DNA from: Entomortierella parvispora E1425 | Taxonomy: Eukaryota > Fungi > Mortierellomycota | Reading direction: 5' to 3' | Assembly: GCA_020891255.1 (NCBI GenBank) | Contig: BQFW01000015.1 | Coordinates: 1,674,001-1,738,000, forward strand | DNA: 64,000 nt | Shown here: piece by piece, positions 49,200-59,489 of the stretch | Numbering within the stretch: position 1 is the stretch's first letter | Layout: each line of letters starts with the position of its first letter | Program-made: the position numbers and the translations under genes | The notes under the pieces: generated by a model | What the model saw: only the letters and a program-made list of their open reading frames with translations | Databases searched by the model: none | What the model was told of the DNA's origin: nothing

Positions 49200-52100
49200 A
49201 TCGTTGTTGTTGGCGTGGTCCGCGTGGTCGGCGAGATCCGCAAGCTTGGCCTTTGCAAAATCAAGAGGAGCAGGCCACTCTCGTTTACGAAGAAAGTGTA
49301 TGGCCGCATGCGACAGATTCATGGCAGAATTGTGGTCCCGGTCGCGGCTCTTGTGGCACTCGTCGCAGATGACCGATCGGCCCTCCTCTTTCACGCGAAA
49401 GTGGCACGAGCAACAAAACACTGAAGACCGAAACTCGGGCATCTTGACAAGCTTGATGACAGTGGGCCTCTTTTCCTTGTTCCTGGCAAGGTCCTTGGCC
49501 AGATCTCGCCTCTATTTCATCCAAATAAAATTCCAGATATTAGAAACCCGTCTTCACCAACACTCCACCCGCACACTCACACTCATAGATTGCCAGCGCT
49601 TGCCTGTCTGATCAAGTTCTCTGTGAATTTTCCACATCCATGACTCTGACCCTTCCACCGTCGATAATCCCCATCTCCAACACCAATAATGAAGGGCGAG
49701 GCTAGAAACTCGTTACGATCGTGGTCCGAGAGACGATTCAGACTCAGATAGCCCCTTTTGAACAATGATCTAGCCATCTTTTCCAGGCTTTTGACGACAG
49801 GGTCCGACGACAAGAAAGCATGGAGTTCATCACCCGAGAGCTGGCCAGAGTCTTTCGTAGCATTTTGGTAAGATATCCAGTCGTAGCTTTTGACCCCTGG
49901 TAGAGCCTCGACATCCTTCTTGGCCTTCCTGGGGTCCTCCAAGACAGTGTTGATGATCTTCTGGAGATCATCCGCCGTCGGCTGCCGATCGGGAACAAAG
50001 TGCCGCATCTTGAGAACTGCAGTGGTGGCTGAGTCGAGATCATGACGGATAGCTTCACGGTAGTCATACTTGTCTTTCTTGAACTTCACACTGCCGTAAT
50101 AACTTCGAAGGGTTGGCGACTCTTTTGCTTGGCTCACGATGTGAGTCTTCACCGCTGACTCGAACTCTTGGGCAGCCTGGATCATGGCTGCGGTCAAGGT
50201 CATCATGCCCATCTCTGTTCGCGATGACTCATCGCCGGAGCTCGTTTGTACGTCTTCCATGGCTAGGCCCGTCTGTGCTTCGTTTTTTTCTTGGACATCC
50301 TCCATGATTTGGTCCCGATCTCCCTGGGCAATCGTCCCGACCTGGACCGGCTTTATCGATACTAGCCTCGCCTCGACGTCTGGGATCCCTTTTGCAGACT
50401 TGAGATTACTTTGATGCTTGCGGTACCGTCTGTTGATTGTGTCTCTGGGGCCGCGAGGAATGACCAAGTTGATGGCATCATGTTCAAAGTTGGAGTGCAC
50501 CAATGTGCCTGTGGCTGTGCAGGCGACTCCTGGGTCCAAACAAAGAGCTCGGATGCCAATTTGCGGGCCTACAGTGCCTTCGTGCAGCTTGTCGATTGTA
50601 CCCTGTGTGTTGAATTCATCATAGATGTATGGCCATCCATTCAAAACTGGTGCAGTTGACCAAGGCAAAGCTGCACCCAACGCCACTACTGATACTAGTG
50701 CAGGTGCTGGCAGTGGCTCACTCGATGTCTGCTTCTCGGGGCTTGGAGGGAGATTTGATTCCCATTCCATCTCGATGGAAGTAGAGAGAACAGGCCCAGT
50801 ACTGGATGAATCATCCACAGCCAACCGAGACGGACCGGCGGAACTTGAAGTGAACGACCCCTCCGCGACATTCGACGCTGTTGTCTTTGCAGCTCGTTTT
50901 TTCTCGGTCAGTTTGTAGGCCATGACACGCAGATCGTAACCATTCGTTGAGAAATCCCCACTCAGAACGTATTTTTGTCGCTTGGACCCTGGGCTGGCAT
51001 CGTCGATCTGCCTTTGATAACGTTCAGGGCTCTGGAGTCCATCACGTACAATGGATCTGAGCTCATCCTTGGTGGCTTGATAACTAGAGTCACTAGCGGG
51101 CATATCATCCAGTCTCGCCGAGACTTCATCAATCTATTCGACAACGTTTTGCTCGAGGAGCATCCTCGAATAGAGGGGTAGCGATTGCAGAGCACATTTT
51201 GTACTGCTCGATGGCAGAGATGACGAGGACGACGAGGACGAGGCATTCAAGTCATCGTTGGCCCAGAGCACGTTTGCCCCACGGCGATAGCTGGTATTCT
51301 GACCGTTGAGGAAAAGGTAGAAGGAAAGTCGTCCGACCTCGTCCTGCGTGTTGGCGTCGGCTAACATCTTTGCTCCAAAAATACTGTTGAGAATCTGGGC
51401 TTGTCGGTCCTTCTCACTTATGCCTCTTTTGCGACTGTTGGTCAACCTGCAGTCTTTCTGAAGACACGCAACCAGTTGGCGCTCAGTCGCCGTGAAGAAT
51501 CCGTCGGCGAACCCGACTTCTGGCAGAGTTTTGACCTGAACTGCTGCGGGAAGCATCATGTTCATAATCAAGTGCATGCTAAGCCGATCGTGTTTGTCAG
51601 ACTTGCCGTCGTCGTTGATCGAGTTCAACAGTTCCTTTCCACAGACAGAGGAAGCCCAGGCAGGGTTGTTGAGAATGACCTATTACAATGCGCAGTTAAA
51701 AATTCGGTGTGGTTAGAGTCATGGTGAAGCTCGCAAAGAATAGGATAGCTTTTGTTGCAAGGACTTACCCTCTTCTTTAGTTCCAAAGTAAATTTGAATA
51801 CATGGCTCCCGACCATGTCAGAGAGACCTCTTGCACATTGCTCGATGAATGCTTTGTCACAAATGTCTCCGTCATTATGTAAGAACGGCTTTGCACTTCG
51901 AGTTTCGGTGAGCTTCTTGTACTTCTCGAAAAGATCATCAGCATCTGTTGCTGTCTTTGACGTAGTCTTGCCGAGTCCAGAATCATCAGAGCCCCAGTAG
52001 ATCATTCGACGGAGAAGTCGCTGGAAAAATGGGCCACAATACGCTGGGGTTAAGAGATTATTGAACCGGCTCCTCCTCTCTTCTGCATCGCTCAGCGCTT

Positions 52101-54714
52101 GGTCGCCATCAATTGCCGGGTACTCCTTGAATACGGTCGCGATGTAGAGCTCCGTCGCCAGGAGACCCTCACGTAGGAGATCGGAATGGACCTTGGCCAT
52201 GGTACGTATGACAGTGACGATGTACTTAACCAATGTTGTGCGGTCGTCTTCGCTGAGCGACGGAAACGACTTTTTTACGCTGTGAGAGAGGCATGACTCG
52301 AGTCGGCCAGGTCTCATCGCGACCAGTGGAAAATGGCCACCGACAATGTCGCCAATGATATTGGTGGTATTTCTCTTCCGAGACTTTACATCCGCATTTT
52401 GCTCGGCAGTTCCTTTTCCCTTCATTTCCTCGTCTCGGGCCCTCCTCTTGGATGGGGCGTAGGTCGTCGTGCTCGGTCGCTTTCTAGATTTTTTTTTCTC
52501 CTCGGCCTTTGCTTTTTTCTCCTCGGCAGCCTTCGACTTTTTCTCCTCGACCTTCGCCTTTTTCTCTTCGGCAACCCTTGCTTTTTTCTCCTCGGCCTTT
52601 GTCTTCTTCTCTTCGGCCTTGGCCTTTTTCTCCTTGGCAGCTTTGGACTTTTTGTCCTGTGGGACAGACTCAACGGTCTGAACATCCTCATCGGCTGGAA
52701 AACTGTCTTCGCCCTCCTCTCCTTCGTCCTCTTCACTATGATCTTGAATTTGAGAATTGGGAGCAGGTCGGCCAATGGTCATGTTCCTACAGCCGATGGG
52801 CTCAGTGTTCTTGCTTGGATTTATGTAGACCGAAGAGAATGCCTTGGGGCAGTATTTATGGCCAGAGGAGTACCGACAATAGCTGTGTTTTAAAGAAAGA
52901 TAAAGACATGAAAAAGATAGGAGTTGAAAAAAAGGTCAAATGCCTGTCGTATTTCAGTGCAAACATCGAGCAGCAGGATCATTGGTCTTACCCTCGACGG
53001 TGCTTCTTTTTCAGCTTTACTTCAGGATCGAGATCACTGCTTGTGGTGGTTGGAGGAGGTGTTGACAGTTCGACGGTTGAGCCAGCATCGGGCTCTGGCG
53101 GACAAAGTGCCAACACGCTGACGATATTGTCCGTTACCGCATCGAGCTGAGGAGAAATCAACGCGGCTGACGACACGCTAAACATGTTCATGGCCGACCC
53201 TTCATCTGATTGGGGCCTGCGCGACTGACGATACCTAAGATGGCAGTAAAGTGGCAATGCACAAGTCATGATGAATACATTGGTTGGTAGTTATAACGAC
53301 AGGATAACGTCTTCCGTGAAATTTCACCCTTACCGGCTCGTCAAAACTCCCAAACGAAAAACTATCCTGCGGATCGAGTCGTCGAGAACGTCGTTGACCT
53401 GTTGGTTTTGTTCAAGAAACGTCTCTTGCAGATTCACAAAGCTACTGATGGACTGCTGGACATTCTCAACATAATCCTTTTTCTTCGAGCAGAATTGAGC
53501 GACATGCGCCTCAACAGTAGGATTAATGTCCTCGCGAAGCAAATCCTCTCGGATGGCCTTCATTGCCTTGATGGCGCTATTGAACGACGTCCGGCCGATG
53601 CTTGGGTCATAGTCATTAAGACTTACGACGGCGCTTGCGACCCACTGCTCTTTTGATTCAAGTCCACAAAATGTAATCATTTCCTTGACAGGGTAGGAAT
53701 AGAACCGGGTGCCTCTAGGTTGGAAACGAACGAACTCCTTAATCCCCATGAACATGAGATCACTGTCGGTGGTCACCACCGTGAGGTTTGGGTCATCCCG
53801 GGCCAATTTTCAAGCGCAAATGTCGAACTGGCCATCGCAGACGTGCGAACGCCACCCATGGGAGTCATGGAGTTCACGGGCGACATTCTTAGTTGTTCGG
53901 GGGTCAACACTACGGCACTTGAGCCAGTGTGGAAACACGACGCGCCCGAGATACTTCCTGAGCCGATGAAGCTGATTGTTGGATAGGTTTGGTTTTTTTT
54001 CGATTCTAACTGTAAAAGCCGTCTTTCGGTCGAAGCGAGCATGTCAGACATTTTGACAGATACAGGTAGGCTGGCTTTGAGCCGACGTTCACGGGCAAAA
54101 GCCTTCTCAGCTGTAGGTGTCCCATCGTAATGGATATAGTCAGACGACTTGCTGTAGTTGTTGTCAAACATTTTGTCCATGGACCTGGCAAGAACAGGCA
54201 ATATCTCGTCGCGCGCACTATTGAGTTCGTGGCAGACATTGTCTGGAAGTGGCTGCGATCCTGGTGGGAATGAAGCTGACACAGAAGAAGCTGGCCCAAA
54301 ATATGACGGGGGCTGAATAAGCGGCTGTCGTGGAACAACCGGGATTGTTGTGGAGGGGTTCTTGTTTGAGGTCGAAGATGGGCTTGAGATGTGAAGTGCG
54401 GATATCCTTTGCGGGACGCTGACGGATACGTCTTGGGAAAATGAGCCATCGGGCCGTTCAGCAGATGGAAATTGCCACAATTTGTTTTCCTTATCCCATT
54501 CTCCCAGGGGCAACGGGGAAGCCGTGGTGCTTGCTGTGCTAACTTCCTTCGCTTGCTTTTTGAACGCTTTGAGGAGAAGACGGCCTTCTGTATTTTTGAG
54601 TCTGATATAGGAGACTGCAGATCCATCGATATGACACCCATCTAAGGACTTGGGGTCGATGACTTTGATGGCCTTACAGTCTTTCAGAGGCGCAAAGGCA
54701 TTAGCGACACCCAT
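49194..54714 (-). pseudogene. PIN (XPG/FEN-like) nuclease-Fanzor (TnpB-like RuvC) fusion, about 1710 codons over 5 exons; 1 frameshift and 2 in-frame stops
   Basis: Exons 54714-53334, 53234-52992, 52882-51769, 51679-49604 and 49511-49194 join in phase. PIN motifs: MGV..., HIDGS, HYDGTPTAEK..RERR, GW..HVCDGQFD, VVTTDSDL, NDY. Fanzor motifs: LSGDFSTNGYDL, LCLDPG (RuvC-I D), IIGVGDG, MPEFRSS (RuvC-II E), CCSC...CDEC (zinc finger), RDRDHNSAMNL (RuvC-III D). Confidence 0.85.
52490..52650 (-). repeat. Lys/Glu/Ala-rich 7-8 aa coding repeat (KAEEKK)
   Basis: KAKAEEKKTKAEEKKARVAEEKKAKVEEKKSKAAEEKKAKAEEKK lies between the PIN and Fanzor parts. Confidence 0.8.
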
Positions 54715-56239
54715 GCTACAAAGGACAAAGACTACAGCGCTATTAGTACCTGGATAAACTGTTCTGCAACAGCAAAAGTCATGTCAATCTACCTGAAAAA
54801 GCGCAAAGCCTGGACGACAATATCAACCGAGTCAACTCGAACTTCTACCAAACATGACATAGACAAAGTAGAGGAGAAGGTAAGAGCGACGGTGGAGATG
54901 CTGCTTTTGCGATACAAAACAAGAGATAAATACTGCGCACGCACTGAAGCTGCGATTACGGGTAAGTGCTCGAGAGGATTGAGATATAGTAAAGTGGAGG
55001 AGACTAGTGTATGTGTATGTGCGTGGAGTAGGGGCAGAGGCGAATGGGACGATGAAAAGAATGGGAGCGAATGAATGACCACGAATGGGACGGACACGAA
55101 ACAAAAGAACACGAAAAGGCGGAAACGCGCATCCATCAAAGTCACGTGCACGGAACAAGGGGCGATACCCTTAAATATAGCCATCTCTCTCCATAGCGAC
55201 GTTGCTGTCCCGGCCAGAAGCGAAAAGAGCACATAGCCTTGAGGGTGTGAAGGGCATCAATCGTTTTATGAAGTCCATGATGATCAAATGGTCTCGCTTT
55301 CTTCTTTATAGGAGTTTTCGCGTTTATGTTGGGACTAGGTGACGTGCACCATAGCAATTGATTGGTTTACTAATGATCGTGCTACCATATCTTTTAGACC
55401 GAGGGTTCCAACCGTTTGGACTGCGTCCAGCGGATGGACAGTCGTATGTTAGCTTATTCCATTTGTATTCTGTTCATGAGCTCCCTACGCAAATGAATGA
55501 TCTTAAAATACACTTCCAAGATTTGACCAAGTTGATACAGATCCGGGTAAGTTTCTGATTTTCAACGGCAGGGTCAGTATGTATGCTTCTTGCCCTCTCT
55601 GTCGAACAGCATTATCATTTGACTGAGGAATAAATGATGAAGGTATCTGAGGGCATCTCTGTTTGCTACGGTTTATTCAAGCCTTGACTGGTACTCGAGA
55701 CAAAAAGATGATATGTAGCCTCGAAAGGGAGCAGCGAGCGCGCGCGCTGCACGCACAGGAAGATCCAAGATCGCAAGTGCAGCCACTTCATTAAACCAAT
55801 TCGGCGAGAACGCGTTTCGCAGTCACTGAACATTGCCGCGAGGGATGTGCCCCAGCAGGTGGAGTGGGTTCCCTTCTTCTTTTCTTTCCTCTTATTCTTC
55901 TTCACTCCCTTCCGTTTCATTCGCCATCGCATCCACTCCACGGCTCTTACATCCTACTCTTTTTGCTCCATCTCTTTCTTGCATTCCTCCTTTTCTTCTC
56001 TCCCTCCTTCCCTCCTTCCCTCCTTCCCTCCTCCCTTCCATCACGCGACTCCCCATCGCTGATCCTTTTTATTGACGCGTCTCATCGCTGAGTGCCAAAA
56101 AAGAAAAAAAAACAAACAGCAGCGCAAAAGCACCACTATCGACTTTCATCCTTCCTTCATATTCCTTTGCTTCTCTCTTTCTGCTCTTCCTTCAGCGCTC
56201 TGGTCAACCTTCGCGTGCTGTTCATCACGTTCACTCGCT

Positions 56240-59213
56240 ATGGGTTCCCAACATCACCACCACAGCATGGACTCTTTTCAATCATTACATTTGCCACCAA
56301 CATTCCATCCCTCAACCTCATCCCAGCCTGAGGCAACAGCAGCGCAGCGGTCTGCAGCTTCGCAAAAAACCCAGAACCCCACTACGACTGGTACCTCTAG
56401 TAATGCTCCTGTGGGCCAGAGTGCTGGGGATGGAATCAAGACAGAAGGCGAGAGGACCGAAAAGGTTCCCGCTCCACGTAAGAAGAGAGGCCAGTACAAA
56501 AAGACGATTCTTCGTCAGCAGCATGAGGCAGCAGCCGCCGCCGCCGTCGCAGCTGGTCTTCCACCGCCAGAGTGTCCTTTCCCTCTGAAGCGTCGGTCCA
56601 CACCAAAGTCGAAGGCTAATGCAGAGCCTCCATTGGCAACATCATCACCAACAACAGCAACGTCAGCATCGGGATCGACGTCACAGGCCCATTCGTCCAC
56701 GATCGAGAGCCTCAACGTCCGCCCGCCCAAGACTGGCCTTGATCGTAGTCCCACGGCTCTCGAAATGGAACAGGAATTGGCCATGTTAGCAGAGGAAGCT
56801 GAAGAGGATCGAAAACGTCGCGATGAAGAAGCGGCAGATCGGATATTGAAGCGTGCGCAAGTGGTTAACGTAAGTGACACAGCCTTTTGTTTTCATACCC
56901 CTTTTACTCAGAGGATCTCCCTTTGCTAATAATTCTCGTCAACTTGTCTGTTTATAGCACTTGCGTTCATTAAAGTCCAAGCTGGCCAGTGCACAAATCC
57001 AGATCGGGCAGGATTTGCATTATCAAAGCATGGACCTATTCTCAGATATTTTTGATGAAGTACTGGAGGATATTGGCAAGGACAATTCAGAGATGCTGGA
57101 ACTCATCAAAAACTCTCGACTGGAGCACAAAGACCCAGCTGACCACAAAATTAAGCTTGAACCCACGGCCGAGCAGCTCGGACACATGCCAACGCGATCG
57201 TCAGACAGACCAAGAAAGCGTGATCTTGTGTCCAGCGTGCCCAGACATCATCACCAAGCGAGAACATTGGATATCGATCAAGACTCTGACCGTGAGGAGA
57301 CAACTGTGAAACGTTATAAGAGAGGCAAGGGCAGCGACCGTTTTATCGGACAGACCTGGGACGTAGCTGATGGAGACACACGCGGCCGGAACAAAGAAAA
57401 TCGAGAAAAAGCGGGGCACCTTGAAGTAGATGACCCTCTAGTCGATGACGAGGTGATCAAGATCGACAGAACAGTTGGGATCAATGGAAGTTCTGAGGCA
57501 AAAACGGCTTTTCGCACCCGAGAAGATCTTCAGACTCGACATCGCCTTGAACTGGAGCAACTCCAACTACAGCAGAGGAAAGACCAGGAAGAATTTCAGC
57601 GAAAACAGTTGGAACAATTACGAGACCTTCAAATGCGCCAGAATGAGGAGTTCCGAGTATTTGAGGCAGACAAAGCCAGGCGATATCGAGAGCGCATGGA
57701 AGGACTTGTAGATAAGCGTGCTACATTCACCCAATCAAGCCTGCACCACAACTCATCTCGGTCTGAAAAGTCGCGGAGATCTTCATACTCGTTATCGCGC
57801 TCGCTACGTTATGAATTCGACAATGGCTTCGAACATGACCTGACTCAGGAGCTGGACGACTCTCCATCCTCGCGATCACCCTCGCGCTCACCGTCCCCTC
57901 AACCGGTAAATCGGTCCAGAGGAACTACCTTACTTCAAAGAGGAACACCGGCCCCAAAGCCTCGTCACAACAATGGCCATGGCCATGGACATGGACACGG
58001 AGGGGTTCATTCATTCCCAATGTCAACAATGACAATGGCCTTGACTGCGATGAACGAGAAAAAGAGACAAATGAAGCGAACCCAGAAGAAACATCATGGG
58101 CAAGAGGACTTTGATGAGCATGACCTTTCCGACGAGTCGCTGGATAATTCAGACTATGAGCGGCATCTGGATGCAAAATCATCAAAACTTCTGAGGTCGC
58201 CAAGTTGGGGTCAGAAGCGGAGCGCGTTGGACGACTCGTCAGATATTAAACGACGCTCAACATCTGTCACTCCCTCAGTACGCTCATCTTCCAGCTCCCA
58301 TTCAAGGACTCTTCACTATCAATCTCAGCACACCAGCCACAGTACAGATTCGCAGCTAAAGCACCCCTCTGGAGAGTCTTCTCAATCTGCTCATTATGAA
58401 CATTCCACGCATCGTTCAACGACAGATTCGCTCTCATCCTCATCAAAACAACGCACAAAGAAGCAAAAGCAGGAAGCACCACATTTGTCCTCTACGCCGA
58501 CATCTGGAAAAGGTCTTTCAGAACAAGATCAAGAACCCAAGCCTGCCATTGGATTCAACAAGACACTCCTAAGTCATTTCGAGAGGTGGAATCCAGATAC
58601 AAAGACGGAGAACTTTTTCGACTTTGTTCTGAGTGACCCTCCAGATGTGGACGTGGATGATTCTGAGGTTGAAGGCTTGCTCAATCGTACCAAGCAGCCA
58701 GCAGAGCGTCCTCAGTCGAAGGATATGAACGTGACACCAACCTCAAATGCCTTCCGTTGGTACCAAGAGCAACAAAAATTGGCCCAGGAAATCTCGCGCC
58801 AGCCAAAGATGAAGCCGCTCAACTTCGAGAGTCTGGTCGAGGATGATCAAAGTCATGCCTCTTTGAATTCCGCTGACGCCCCTAACCCGTTTGGTGCCAC
58901 TACTGGCGATAATTTGACGTTGGGAGTGGACCCTCTGGCGGCATTTATCCCAAAGAATAGAGGGGTGGCAGGGTCACCAGCAGTAGGGTTCTCAATGAAC
59001 GTGAGCTCTGATCACGACAACGGCGCGGAATCGAACTTGGCCCCAGACTCTTCGCCGATGATTAGCAGCTCGCCAGCCATGAATCTGCTGTACTCAGATG
59101 ACGGCGAGCACGACTGGGGGTTTAACCCATTCATGGTGGATTCTTCAGATCAGTACCTCCACCAAGAGTCGCCTCTCAACAGCAACCATGACGATTTTGA
59201 ACTGCAGTTCTAA
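56240..59213 (+). CDS. Hypothetical low-complexity/coiled-coil nuclear-like protein (2 exons; intron 56870-56957)
   Basis: Start MGSQHHHH; in-frame splice VVN|HLRSLKSK; basic PRKKRGQYKK motif and a Q/E-rich coiled coil; no family recognised. Confidence 0.65.
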
Positions 59214-59489
59214 AAGACCCCCCTCCCCCAAAAAAGAAAAAAAATAAAAATTGTGGCTTGAGGTCACAAATCTCAGGACAAAAAATTCAGTGTTGCTTCA
59301 AGAGACCTGCACGCCTTCCAATTGAACAAGAACATCGGCACAATCATCGGCGTGGCAGCATCGCTTGGCATCACATTGAACAAAGCCTCAGAAAGGACCA
59401 GAGCAACCGGCGGCAGCAGTAGCAAACACAGGATTCTGCGTGACGGATACATTTCACCACACCATCAAAAACAAAGAGAAGACTCGTTC

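Larger units (their letters stand above)
49062..55350 (-). mobile_element. Fanzor-carrying DNA element with imperfect TIRs and a target-site duplication; no transposase encoded
   Basis: Ends GGTGTAC...CACCTATTCCCAACA (49062-49092) and TGTTGGGACTAGGTG..GTGCACC (55327-55350) are inverted; flanked by ATA/ATA, or by CATAG/CATAG if the ends are taken as 49063/55349. Confidence 0.8.

Noticed and set aside
55229-55236. GCACATAG repeat matching 49055-49062 as an 8-bp TSD
   Set aside because: An 8-bp match is expected by chance over these windows and has no adjacent inverted repeat; the 55327-55354 end explains both TIR and TSD.
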